DNA of 32,000 bases, taken from contig NZ_CP036280.1 in assembly GCF_007748075.1 (NCBI RefSeq), positions 2,760,001 to 2,792,000 of the forward strand, given 5' to 3'. The notes below the pieces were generated by a model. It was not told the DNA's origin and made no database searches. It saw only the letters and a list, made by a program, of their open reading frames with translations. Source of the DNA: Mucisphaera calidilacus. Lineage in GTDB: Bacteria > Planctomycetota > Phycisphaerae > Phycisphaerales > Phycisphaeraceae. Position numbers and translations under genes: made by a program. Below, piece by piece: positions 7,530-16,486 of this stretch (position 1 is the first letter of the stretch; every line of letters begins with the position of its first letter).

Positions 7530-9614
7530 TTATGCCGACTCGTTGTCGGCGGGTGGTTCGGTGGTCGTTTCGGTTTCGAGTTCGTCGGCGAGGGGTTCGC
7601 CCTCGGCGGGCTGGTAGCCAACGGCCTTCATGAGGACCTTGAGTTCGAGGGGTTGGGGCTCGTCGCCTGTGATGAGTGACTCGCTGACGAGTGCGGGGAG
7701 GGTCATGTCCTGGAGCATCATCTCGAAGCGGTTGCGGTTGAGGGGCGTGTAGCTGTCGATGCGTGCGAGTGCGAGGGAGAGTGCTCCGGGGATGGGCCGA
7801 ACGACGATGCGCTCGCCTGGCTGGAAGGTCTCGATGTCGCTCTGGTCGTGGAGTTGTCGTGCCTTGGCGAAGAGGGCGTCGACGAAGTCGGCGTCCTGCC
7901 CGATGCCCGGGAGTGTGGGGACGGCGCTGAGGCCGGATCGGTCGCGGGTTCGGCGGGAGAAGGGACCGGAGTCGATTTCGGTGACGGCGGCCTCGGCTGC
8001 GATGTCGCTGAGGGGTTCGTTCTGAGCGCGGTCGGCCCAGGCCTGCTGGAGTTCGACGAGGGCGTTGTAGCCGGCGAGTTGGCGTGCGTCGGCGGTGACG
8101 GCGTCCCGGACCTCGTCGACGGAGTCGGGGACACGAGCGGGTTGTGCCTCGACGACGCGGAAGATGATGACCGAGCCTGACGGGTCGACCATGAGGTTGC
8201 CGGGTATGCCGGTCTGGAGGTAGCGGGTGAGGAGGGGGTTGTCGAGGGCGGGGTTGAGTTCGCGGGTGCTGCCGACGTACTGGGCGATGCCGATGCGTTC
8301 GTTGCGTGAGGTGGGGATGATGGCGTTGCCGAGGACGGGGTCGTATTCGAGGTCGCGGACATCGACGAAACCGGGCGTGGCGAGTCGGACGGTGGGCTCG
8401 ATGCCGTGTTTCTGGTTGATGGCGTCGGCGGCCTGGCGGAGGGTCATGGGGGCGAAGTCTTCGGGGAAGACGTAGTAGCCTTCCTTGCGTGGGATGGCGC
8501 GGAGTTCGGCTTCGAGGGTGGCGATGGCGTCGCGTCCGATGGTCTCGACGCGTTCGAGGGCCTGCTGGCGTTTGAGGAAGCTGCGGATGTCGCTTCGGAT
8601 CTCGCGGTAGCCAAGGGGTTCCTGAGCGGGGTCGGGTTGCCCTTCGGCGTCGCGGGGGCGGAAGCTGTCCTTGTTGGCCTCGTAGTAGGCGAGGGCGTCG
8701 GACTCGTCGACGGTGGCCTTGGCGAGGACGGCGTCGAAGGGGATGGTGATGGACTCGATGCGGACGCGGTCGAGGAACCGGTAGCCGAAGCCGTAGGGCT
8801 CGCCCTCGCCGGCGGGGGTGTCCTTGTAGGTTTCGAAGAGTTCGTTGATGAGTTGTTCGGAGGGCTCGGGGTTGATGCCGAGGGGCCCGGGCCGGAGGAG
8901 GACGAGTGAGGCCTGGACCTCGGCCTGCTGGTCGCTGACGACCTGTTCGACGAGGGGTCTCGAGACGCGTTGGCTGCCGCTGGCGATGGCCATGGACATG
9001 CCGAACTGCCGGTAGAGGGGTTCGGCGGCGGCCATGTCGCCTCGGTTGATGGCCTGCTGGAGTTCTCGCTGGCTGATGTAGGCCTGGACCTGTGCCTTCA
9101 TGCGTCGGAGTCCGGGCGAGGGGTCGAGTTCGATGTCGAGGTGAGCCCGTCCGAGGAGCAGGGTGATGACGCGTTCGCGTGCGAGCCATCGGGACATGGT
9201 TGCGGTGATGGAGGCGCGTTTGGTCTTGAGTTTCTGGGCGAGCGTGGCGAGTTCGGTCTCGCCGATGCCGAAGGAGGCCATGGCGGCCTGGAGTTCGGTC
9301 TGGCTGACCTGGATGTTGAGTTGTTCGGCGGCGTAGCCAAGCATGAGCCAGCGCATGACGCTCTCGTCGTCGTTGGGCGGACCGGTGACGGCGGAGAAGA
9401 TGGGAGAGATGTTGTAGAGGATTCGGAGTTCGCTCTGGGCGACGCGTTGGTCTTCGAGTGTGACGTCGCGGCCGTTGATGGTTCCGATGACGACGTCATC
9501 GGGGGTGCTGACCATGAAGCCCTGGAGGGTGTCGCCTAGGAGGAACGCGACCATCAGCAGGGAGATGCCGACGACGACGATGATTGCCTGGTACTTACGG
9601 AAGAGTTTGAACAC
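7530..9614 (-). CDS. Membrane-anchored periplasmic chaperone, PpiD/SurA-like
   Basis: GTG start. N-terminal anchor 'MFKLFRKYQAIIVVVGISLLMVAFLLGD' is typical of PpiD. It is a long soluble domain with an acidic C-terminal tail. Its position directly after an LptD-like gene mirrors the E. coli lptD-surA order. I could not point to a clear parvulin signature. Confidence 0.65.
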   Translation of the reverse strand: MFKLFRKYQAIIVVVGISLLMVAFLLGDTLQGFMVSTPDDVVIGTINGRDVTLEDQRVAQSELRILYNISPIFSAVTGPPNDDESVMRWLMLGYAAEQLNIQVSQTELQAAMASFGIGETELATLAQKLKTKRASITATMSRWLARERVITLLLGRAHLDIELDPSPGLRRMKAQVQAYISQRELQQAINRGDMAAAEPLYRQFGMSMAIASGSQRVSRPLVEQVVSDQQAEVQASLVLLRPGPLGINPEPSEQLINELFETYKDTPAGEGEPYGFGYRFLDRVRIESITIPFDAVLAKATVDESDALAYYEANKDSFRPRDAEGQPDPAQEPLGYREIRSDIRSFLKRQQALERVETIGRDAIATLEAELRAIPRKEGYYVFPEDFAPMTLRQAADAINQKHGIEPTVRLATPGFVDVRDLEYDPVLGNAIIPTSRNERIGIAQYVGSTRELNPALDNPLLTRYLQTGIPGNLMVDPSGSVIIFRVVEAQPARVPDSVDEVRDAVTADARQLAGYNALVELQQAWADRAQNEPLSDIAAEAAVTEIDSGPFSRRTRDRSGLSAVPTLPGIGQDADFVDALFAKARQLHDQSDIETFQPGERIVVRPIPGALSLALARIDSYTPLNRNRFEMMLQDMTLPALVSESLITGDEPQPLELKVLMKAVGYQPAEGEPLADELETETTTEPPADNESA

Positions 9615-9699
9615 GAATCAGCGACTCCAGCGTTGTGTGTATCGGGGAGGCGAGTATACCCCGGCGGGCGGTGTTGCTGGGAATCGTGGGGGTTGGGGT

Positions 9700-12690
9700 T
9701 TAGTCGATGTTGTCGTAGGGGAGGAGCCCGTCGCCGGCCCTGCGTCGGGCGAATTCGGGGCGGAGGGAGACGCCGATGGAGGTTTCGGAGTCGATGGCGT
9801 CGTATCGGGTGCCGAGGCTGAGGACCCAGTCGGGGAGTCGGCGGTCGAGGGTGAGTTCGATGTCGCGGGTGCCGTTGTCCTTGAAGTCGAGTCGGTGTTC
9901 GAATTCGGCGCGGTACTTGGCGGTCATCTGGTAGGCGATGCCGTAGCCGAGGAGGGAGCTGCCGAGCGGGTCGATTTCCTGATAGTTGAGGAAGGAGGTG
10001 AGTCGGGTGCTGTGTTCGAGGGTGGAACCGACTTTCCACTGTGCGAGGGTGTCGTTTTCGAAATCCTGAGTGAGTTCGGCGGCGATGCCGAGTGACTCGG
10101 TCATCATCCATGCGAGGTCGCCATGGAAGTGGTCACCGCCGCGCGAGTACTCGGGACGGTAGCCGACGTACCGGGGGATGATCACGTCTTCGTCGGCGTG
10201 GGCGTCGCGGAGGACGAGGTCGGTTCGGAGGGTGATCCAGTCGACGGTTCGCGAGCGGGTGAGGCCCTGGCGTCGGGTCTGCCATGTCTGGAGGAGTCCG
10301 ATCCTGGTGCCGAGGCCTTCGGAGAGTCGGTCGGTGTTGTCGTCGGCGACAAAGACCCGGGAGGGGTCGTAGGAGGCCTGCATGGCGAAGAGGTCGAGCG
10401 AGGGTTCGAGGATGTGGCGGATGCCGTCGACGTCGAGGAGTCGGCTTTTGGCGTGGTTGTCGGTGCCGGTGAAGGAGGTGTGGAGTCGTGTGCCGACAGC
10501 ACCCCAGAAGCGTGTGGTCTCGTCGTCGTAGATGGTGGAATCGGCGCCCTCGCTGTAGCCGACGAATCGGCCGGCGGCGTAGGGGTTGACCTGGAGGATG
10601 CCGAGGCGGTAGGAGGCTGCGATTTCCTGTCGGGTGTCGACGCGGTGGCGGAAGTCGACGGGTGCGCCGTTGGCCTTGGCGTTGTTCTCGAAGGTGACGT
10701 TGGGTGCCTGTCCGAAGAGAGCCTGGGAGTCGGCGGCGTTGAAACCGCGGTCGGCGGGGGTGTCGGTGCCGTATCGAGCCTGCTGGTAGCTGTAGCTGTT
10801 GTCGGAGATGAGGACGGCACCGGTTCGGCCGAGGGGTGTGCCGTGCCGGTTGTAGTCGATGGCTGGGAGTTCATCGACGCGGAAGCCTTCGGACTGGAGT
10901 TCGGCGTTCTGCTCGATGAAGTTGTTGAGGTCGTAGCGGGTGTAGAAGGAGAGCGAGGTTTCGTGGTCGGTGCGGGCCATCTCCAGGGAGGTTTCGTAGG
11001 GGAGATCGGAGTTGGCCTTATCGGAGAAGAACTCGTCGAGGAAGGTCTCGTCGGAGACGATGGCGGTCTGAGCGTTGAGTCGCCAGCCGGCGGGCAGGTC
11101 CTGGCGGTGCTGTGCGTGGAGGAAGCCTCGGGGGTCGCCATCCTGCTCGATGGGTTCGCGTCCGCCGATCTCGTCGGTGCCGTTGTCGGAGGGGAGGACG
11201 TAGACCTGTGCGTTGCCGTTGGCGTTGGGCCGCTGGTAGGTGGACTCGGCGCCGAGGGCGAGTCCGTGTTCGCCTCGGACGTCGAACTGACCTTCGAGTT
11301 CGACGCCTCGGGGGGTTGTTTTGCCGGCGAGTGCGAAGAGGTCCCAGTCGGATCGGAGGTTGAGCCCGGAGTTGCTGGAGTAGCCGACGGCGAGTCCGCG
11401 GATGGGCAGTTCGCGGGCGCGGCCGGAGAGGCGCGGGCTGTAGAAGATCGGGGTGTCGTTGACGCGTAGGGTGGCGTCGTCGGCGGCGAAGCGTTGGGTG
11501 GCGGTGCCATCGGGCTGCCGCTGGAGTTCGAGCGCGAGTTTGTCGGAGCCGATGGCGAAGTGGGGTTCGGCGAAGGCGCTGGTGCTGAGGCGGACGTTGG
11601 TGGCGATCAGCGCGTTGCCGGAGAGCTGTCGGATCTCGTCGGCACGGACGTACATGGGGAGTCCGCGTTGTTCGTCGTAGGCGTAGGCGACGGCCTCGAG
11701 GAGCATGGCGCGGCCGGTGCGTGTGTCGACGTACATGCGTGGTGCACGGACGGTGTAGAGGCCGTCGGTGATGATGGCGTTGTCTTCGAGGTAGACGCCT
11801 GTGACCTGTTCGGCGTTGATGGAACCGGTGAGTTGGGGTCTTCCCTCGGCGAAGACGACGGCGCGTTCGGCGGTGAGTCGGAGGTTGAGGTCGTCTCGGG
11901 CGTCGGTGTAGATGACGGTGACGCCTCCGACGAGGGTGAGGCTGGACTCCTCGTCGCCTGCGCGGGCGACGGCGCGTCCGCTGGCGAAGGTGAGTCGTCC
12001 CTGTTCGGGGAGGTCGATGAGGGCGCCGGGTTCGGGTGCGTCGACGAGTCCGCCTGAGACGGCGTTGATGTCGGCGCGTCGTCTGGCGATCTCGGCCCGG
12101 CGGAGGTCCTTGGTTGCGACCTGCTGTTCGGCGACGGCGGGCGAGGGATCGATGGGGAAGGTGGCGGAGGCGCGTCGCTGATCGAGTCGGGTGAGGGCGT
12201 TGAGGGCTTCGGTGACGAAGGCGTCGTCGGGTGCGGCGTCGCGGGGCTGCATGCTGTCGGTTTCGACGGCGACGCTGCCGGTGGTGCTGGCGGAGAGGGT
12301 GAGTCGGGGCGAGGCGGTGTCGATGCCGGTGTCGGCCCCGCCGGGGCGTGCGTCCTGGAGGTAGACGGTGAAGGTCTGGACGCGTTGGTAGTTGCGGTTT
12401 CGGGTCTCGAGTCGGACGAGGGCGCGGGAGGCGGCGAACCGGTAGTTACCGACGCTGAAGCGTGCTTCGTTATCGAGGAGGAACCAGCGTGTGCTGCCAT
12501 CGCGCCAGGTGGCGACGGTCTGTGCGGCGAGCAGGGCGTCGGCGGCGACGACGGGGGCGTCGAGGGGTGCCTGCCGGCGGGGGTTGTTGGTGATGCTGAA
12601 CGGCGTGTCGCTGGCGAGCGCATCGGCGGCGGGGAGCACGAGTACGGCGGCGGCGAGCGCTGCGACGGTTCGGCGTAGGGATGAAGTCAT
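9700..12690 (-). CDS. lptD: LPS-assembly outer-membrane protein LptD-like (OstA-like N-terminal region plus large beta-barrel)
   Basis: Signal peptide 'AALAAAVLVLPAADALA'. The segment 'TPIFYSPRLSG...PIRGLAVGYSSNSGLNLRSDWDLF' resembles the LptD hallmark (P-x-F-Y-x-P ... R-x-S-G-F-L ... G). The C-terminal two thirds show an alternating beta-strand pattern. SurA/PpiD-like gene lies downstream. The protein contains no Cys. Confidence 0.6.
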   Translation of the reverse strand: MTSSLRRTVAALAAAVLVLPAADALASDTPFSITNNPRRQAPLDAPVVAADALLAAQTVATWRDGSTRWFLLDNEARFSVGNYRFAASRALVRLETRNRNYQRVQTFTVYLQDARPGGADTGIDTASPRLTLSASTTGSVAVETDSMQPRDAAPDDAFVTEALNALTRLDQRRASATFPIDPSPAVAEQQVATKDLRRAEIARRRADINAVSGGLVDAPEPGALIDLPEQGRLTFASGRAVARAGDEESSLTLVGGVTVIYTDARDDLNLRLTAERAVVFAEGRPQLTGSINAEQVTGVYLEDNAIITDGLYTVRAPRMYVDTRTGRAMLLEAVAYAYDEQRGLPMYVRADEIRQLSGNALIATNVRLSTSAFAEPHFAIGSDKLALELQRQPDGTATQRFAADDATLRVNDTPIFYSPRLSGRARELPIRGLAVGYSSNSGLNLRSDWDLFALAGKTTPRGVELEGQFDVRGEHGLALGAESTYQRPNANGNAQVYVLPSDNGTDEIGGREPIEQDGDPRGFLHAQHRQDLPAGWRLNAQTAIVSDETFLDEFFSDKANSDLPYETSLEMARTDHETSLSFYTRYDLNNFIEQNAELQSEGFRVDELPAIDYNRHGTPLGRTGAVLISDNSYSYQQARYGTDTPADRGFNAADSQALFGQAPNVTFENNAKANGAPVDFRHRVDTRQEIAASYRLGILQVNPYAAGRFVGYSEGADSTIYDDETTRFWGAVGTRLHTSFTGTDNHAKSRLLDVDGIRHILEPSLDLFAMQASYDPSRVFVADDNTDRLSEGLGTRIGLLQTWQTRRQGLTRSRTVDWITLRTDLVLRDAHADEDVIIPRYVGYRPEYSRGGDHFHGDLAWMMTESLGIAAELTQDFENDTLAQWKVGSTLEHSTRLTSFLNYQEIDPLGSSLLGYGIAYQMTAKYRAEFEHRLDFKDNGTRDIELTLDRRLPDWVLSLGTRYDAIDSETSIGVSLRPEFARRRAGDGLLPYDNID

Positions 12691-12761
12691 CGACCCGCAC
12701 GATAAATGGGTGTCGTTGGGGTCGCAATCTGTTGCGGGTCAGGAGGCGGACAAAACGCGGT

Positions 12762-13343
12762 TCACTGGCTGCGGAGTGAAGCGGTGGTTTCGAGGATGCC
12801 CTTGACGTCGGGCCCGAGGAATTCGCCGGCGAGTTTCCCGTCGGGCCCGAAGACGAAGACGGCGGGGACTTCGAGGTTGGACCACTGCTCGCCAAGGCGC
12901 TCGACGACCCGTTCCTGTTGGTCGGTGTCGGGAACGAGGAGGTAGGCGTCCTTGAGGGCGTGGTGTTCGTTGAGAAAGGCGATGGCGCGCTGCTCGTATT
13001 TGCCGGGTGCGTCGAGGGTGATGGAGACGGCGCGGACGTCGTCGCCCATGGCGACGAGACCCTCGTGGAGTTCGGGGAACATGGCGACGCAGGGGACGCA
13101 CCAGGTGGCCCAGAAGTCGATGACGACGATCTGGTCGCGGGCGGCGGACTCGGCGATGAGCGCTTCGATGCCATCGATATCGAGGACGGGCAGGGCGTCG
13201 GGGAGATCGGGCTTCGGGGCGGGCGCTGCCTCGGTTGTCGTGTTGACGGCGGGTGTGGGCGGGGGGTTTTCGGCGGTGCTGTTCTGGTCGCAGGCGGTCA
13301 GGGCGGCGAGCAGGCAGGCGGCGATTGCTGTGCGGAGGGTCAT
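12762..13343 (-). CDS. TlpA/ResA-like thioredoxin-fold thiol:disulfide oxidoreductase lipoprotein
   Basis: Lipobox 'LAALTAC'. Thioredoxin active site 'FWATWCVPC'. Typical size of 193 aa. Confidence 0.85.
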   Translation of the reverse strand: MTLRTAIAACLLAALTACDQNSTAENPPPTPAVNTTTEAAPAPKPDLPDALPVLDIDGIEALIAESAARDQIVVIDFWATWCVPCVAMFPELHEGLVAMGDDVRAVSITLDAPGKYEQRAIAFLNEHHALKDAYLLVPDTDQQERVVERLGEQWSNLEVPAVFVFGPDGKLAGEFLGPDVKGILETTASLRSQ

Positions 13344-13416
13344 CGGGCAGGTCCTTCGATCGTGCGGGGATGTTTCACTCTAGCCCTGCAGATCGGGATG
13401 AGGCTGCTAGCATGAG

Positions 13417-13617
13417 ATGATGAAGATTGTGCTCAATGGCGACGATCGGGAGGTATCGGCGGCGACGGTCGCGGCGTTGATCGACGAGTTGGGTCTCGCG
13501 GGTCAGCCGGCGGCGGTGGAGTTGAATGCCCGGGTCGTGCCCAAGCGAGCTCATGCGGAGGCGACGCTGGCGGAGGGCGACCGTGTGGAGGTCGTGACGC
13601 TGGTCGGCGGCGGTTAA
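13417..13617 (+). CDS. thiS: Sulfur-carrier protein ThiS
   Basis: 66 aa with a ubiquitin-like pattern, ending in 'VVTLVGGG' (C-terminal Gly-Gly). It lies immediately upstream of thiG. The ATG at 13420 is an alternative start. Confidence 0.8.
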   Translation: MMKIVLNGDDREVSAATVAALIDELGLAGQPAAVELNARVVPKRAHAEATLAEGDRVEVVTLVGGG

Positions 13618-13657
13618 CCGCGTGGTGCACCCCTAATCACAGGACGGGAGTATTCCC

Positions 13658-14515
13658 ATGACGACGACGACGGCCTCGGGGCCGGACAACATGCTGGACA
13701 CCCCCCTTTCGGTTGGCGGCCGGTCGCTGACGAGCCGTCTGATTGTGGGGACGGGCAAGTACGCGGACTATCCGACGATGCAGGCTTGTCTGGATGCCTC
13801 GGGCAGCGAGGTGATCACGGTGGCGGTGCGTCGCGAGCGGCTGATTGATGCGGAGGGCAAGTCGCTTCTGGACTTTGTGGACACGAGTCGGTACACGATT
13901 CTGCCGAACACGGCGGGTTGTTTTTCGGCGGAGGACGCGGTTCGCGTGGCGCGGCTGGGGCGTGAGATTCTTGATCAGCTGGACAACCCGGGCAAGGACT
14001 GGGTGAAGCTGGAGGTGCTGGGCGACAAGAAGACGCTGCTGCCTGACCCGGTGGGGACGCTTGAGGCGACACGTGAGTTGGTGGCGGACGGCTTCAAGGT
14101 GCTGTGCTACAGCTCGGACGACCCGATCATGGCGATGCGGATCAAGGAGGCCGGGGCGTCGTCGGTGATGCCTGCGGGTTCGCCGATCGGCTCGGGCCAG
14201 GGCGTGCTGAATCCGAGTGCGATCACGCTGATCCTGGAGCTGCTGAAGGATGGCGACCCCGATTACCCGGTGATTGTCGATGCGGGTGTGGGTACGGCGT
14301 CGGACGTGTCGCAGGCGTTCGAGCTGGGTGCGGATGGTGTGCTGCTGAACACGGGGATCGCCCACGCGAAGGATGCGCTGCGGATGGCGCACGCGATGCG
14401 TCACGCGACGCAGGCGGGTCGGCTGGCGTACCTGGCGGGTCGTATCCCGCGGAAGCTGTACGCGAACGCATCGAGTCCGTGGGAAGGCGTGATTTCGTAT
14501 ATTCCCGGCGAGTAA
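13658..14515 (+). CDS. thiG: Thiazole synthase ThiG
   Basis: 'LIVGTGKY', 'TVAVRR', 'ILPNTAGC', 'LLPDP', '[13 protein letters not shown]', '[11 protein letters not shown]' are classic ThiG blocks. Confidence 0.95.
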   Translation: MTTTTASGPDNMLDTPLSVGGRSLTSRLIVGTGKYADYPTMQACLDASGSEVITVAVRRERLIDAEGKSLLDFVDTSRYTILPNTAGCFSAEDAVRVARLGREILDQLDNPGKDWVKLEVLGDKKTLLPDPVGTLEATRELVADGFKVLCYSSDDPIMAMRIKEAGASSVMPAGSPIGSGQGVLNPSAITLILELLKDGDPDYPVIVDAGVGTASDVSQAFELGADGVLLNTGIAHAKDALRMAHAMRHATQAGRLAYLAGRIPRKLYANASSPWEGVISYIPGE

Positions 14516-14542
14516 TCGCCCCCCTACCAGACAGGAAGCGTG

Positions 14543-15274
14543 ATGATTCGACTGATTGGCGTGTTGGTTGCTGCTTTGGCGTTGGCCTCGGGCGTTGCGT
14601 TCGCACAGGAGGCTGAGGAAGCCCCGGCCGAGGCGCAGCAGGGGACGGTGGTGCGTTTCACGACGCAGCTGGGCACGGTGGACATTCAGTTGTTTGACGA
14701 GCGTACGCCGATCACGGTGGCGAATTTCCTGCGGCTGGTGAACGAGAAGGCGTATGACGGGGCCTTTTTTCACCGGCTGGTGCCCGGGTTCGTGATTCAG
14801 GGCGGCGGGTACTGCATCGGTGAGAACGAGGCGGGTGAAGAGATCATCGCGCAGGTTCCGGATCACGGGCCGGTGAAGAACGAGCCGGGGATCCCGAACA
14901 CGCGGGGGACGATCTCGATGGCGAAGCTGGGCGGCGACCCGGACTCGGCGACGAATCAGTTCTTCATCAGCCTGGGCGACAACCGGGCGAACCTGGACCG
15001 TCAGAACGGCGGGTTCACGGTGTTCGGCGAGGTGGTGGAGAAGGACGTGCCGATGCTGGCGAAGTTCAATGCGCTGGAGCGTGCGAACGCGGGCGGGCCG
15101 TTCTCGGATCTGCCTCTGATTGCGCTGCCCGAGGAGCCGGTGCTGGATCTCTCGGACCTGGTGGTGATCGAGAGCGTCCGGGTGCTGGACCCGGAGACGG
15201 GCGATCCGGTTGAGGCTGAGGGGGATGGGCCGGAGGATGAGGATACGGCGCGTGACGAGGGCGGTGACGAATAA
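14543..15274 (+). CDS. Secreted cyclophilin-type peptidyl-prolyl cis-trans isomerase with acidic C-terminal tail
   Basis: Signal peptide 'LIGVLVAALALASGVAFA'. Cyclophilin blocks 'TVANFLRLV', 'FHRLVPGFVIQGGG', 'GTISMAKLGGDPDSATNQFFISL', 'FTVFGEVV'. ATG at 14543, with GTG at 14540 as an alternative. 'aggaag' at 14533-14538. Confidence 0.9.
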   Translation: MIRLIGVLVAALALASGVAFAQEAEEAPAEAQQGTVVRFTTQLGTVDIQLFDERTPITVANFLRLVNEKAYDGAFFHRLVPGFVIQGGGYCIGENEAGEEIIAQVPDHGPVKNEPGIPNTRGTISMAKLGGDPDSATNQFFISLGDNRANLDRQNGGFTVFGEVVEKDVPMLAKFNALERANAGGPFSDLPLIALPEEPVLDLSDLVVIESVRVLDPETGDPVEAEGDGPEDEDTARDEGGDE

Positions 15275-15442
15275 TCCGTTTTCGGTGCTGCTTACCGATT
15301 TTGAATGGTTGAAATGACTCGCGGGGCGTGCCGGAGTGAGGTATTTTTGGGTGTATCCGGGTTGTCCTGAGGGACGCGGACGATCGCTCGCGGCCAACCC
15401 GGTAACCGAGGCAAACAAGGCAAAGTAGAGAAAGCAGTCAGC

Positions 15443-16324
15443 ATGATGCGACCGAAGTTTGAAGCCGCGATGGTTGTTGTTTCGCTGGGGCTGGCGGGTG
15501 GTGTGTCGGCGAACGTGCTGGACTCGGGTCGTTCGGTGGCTCGTTTTGAGACGAACTTGGGCGTGGTCCACATCGAGTTGTTCGATGCGGAGGCGCCGCA
15601 GACGGTGGCTAACTTCAAGACGCTGATCGGGATGGGGGCGTATGACTCGATGTTCTTCCACCGCCTGGTGTACGGGTTTGTGCTGCAGGGCGGCGGGTTC
15701 AACGTGGATCTCGAGAACCAGCTGCTGGGGTACACGCCTGACGTCGGGAACGTGGTGAATGAGTTCGGTCACTCGAACGTTCGGGGGACGGTGGCGATGG
15801 CGAAGCTGGGCGGCGACCCGGATTCGGCGTCGAATCAGTTTTTCTTCAACCTGGGCGACAACAGCCTGAACCTCGACAACCAGAACGGCGGGTTCACGGT
15901 CTTCGGCGAGGTGCTCGGGACGGACATGGCGGTGGTCGACGCGATGGCCAGCGTGAGTATTGCGAACGGCAGCGGGATTCATTCGGCATTCAGCGAGCTG
16001 CCGCTGATCAACCCGCCGGAGGGTTACCTGGTCCTGGAAGATCTGATCAGGGTGGATCGTGCACTCATCGTGATGCCCGGGGACACGAACTTCGATGGCG
16101 AGGTGAATCTCAATGACCTGTCGGCGCTCGCGAGCAACTTCGGGAGCGATGCGGACGGTGGGGTGATCAACGGCCCGGTCGACGGCGACTTCAACTTCGA
16201 CGGCCTGGTGAACCTGACGGACCTGTCGGTACTGGCGAGCAATTTCAACACGGCAGCGGTGCCGGAGCCTGCTGTGGCGGGGTTGCTGGGGCTGGGCGTG
16301 CTGGGACTGGTTCGTCGTCGCTGA
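15443..16324 (+). CDS. Secreted cyclophilin-type PPIase fused to two dockerin-like repeats and a PEP-CTERM sorting tail
   Basis: The cyclophilin blocks are paralogous to the upstream gene: 'TVANFKTLI', 'FHRLVYGFVLQGGG', 'GTVAMAKLGGDPDSASNQFFFNL', 'FTVFGEVL'. Dockerin-type repeats 'GDTNFDGEVNLNDLSALASNFG' and 'DGDFNFDGLVNLTDLSVLASNF' span nt 16079-16249. C-terminus 'PEPAVAGLLGLGVLGLVRRR' spans nt 16262-16321. Confidence 0.85.
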   Translation: MMRPKFEAAMVVVSLGLAGGVSANVLDSGRSVARFETNLGVVHIELFDAEAPQTVANFKTLIGMGAYDSMFFHRLVYGFVLQGGGFNVDLENQLLGYTPDVGNVVNEFGHSNVRGTVAMAKLGGDPDSASNQFFFNLGDNSLNLDNQNGGFTVFGEVLGTDMAVVDAMASVSIANGSGIHSAFSELPLINPPEGYLVLEDLIRVDRALIVMPGDTNFDGEVNLNDLSALASNFGSDADGGVINGPVDGDFNFDGLVNLTDLSVLASNFNTAAVPEPAVAGLLGLGVLGLVRRR

Positions 16325-16486
16325 GCGAGGGCGTCGGTTTTCTCGGACATGAGACGGGGGTGCGCGGATGGTCGGGGTGTGGGGTGCGCGTGGTCGATGT
16401 TGGTGTTCATGCACACGGCTATCTCCCTGCGCGCGCGTCTGCTGGTTGCCCTTGAGGGGTTGTTTCCGCCTGCCGAGAGCGGCCCG

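Noticed and set aside
7291-9189. A 632-aa same-strand alternative-frame ORF inside the PpiD-like gene, with similar P/R/T/S-rich ORFs at 7718-8362, 10182-11510 and 11607-12623
   Set aside because: They are off-frame readings of GC-rich coding sequence. The composition is extreme Arg/Pro/Thr/Ser low complexity, and they lie wholly inside genes whose main frames show real protein features.
9643-9663. CGGGG-11 nt-CCCCG hairpin with an embedded TATACT (minus strand) between the lptD-like and ppiD-like genes, as a possible terminator or promoter
   Set aside because: The stem is only 5 bp with a large loop. There is no U-tract and no convincing -35 at the proper spacing. It is too weak to call.
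13344-13416. Looked for a TPP (THI-box) riboswitch upstream of thiS-thiG, and upstream of thiE
   Set aside because: The thiS upstream region is only 73 nt and is shared with the divergent TlpA-like gene. I could not find the conserved CUGAGA ... ACCUGAUCUGGAUAAUGCCAGCG-type elements. thiE has no upstream non-coding region at all because it overlaps the preceding gene. A covariance-model scan would be the decisive test.
16349-16486. N-terminal extension of the methyltransferase ORF from the track start (GTG at 16349)
   Set aside because: The extension ('MRRGCADGRGVGCAWS...') is Gly/Arg/Cys-rich and unlike coding sequence. Internal ATGs give a normal distance to SAM motif I. The exact start remains uncertain.
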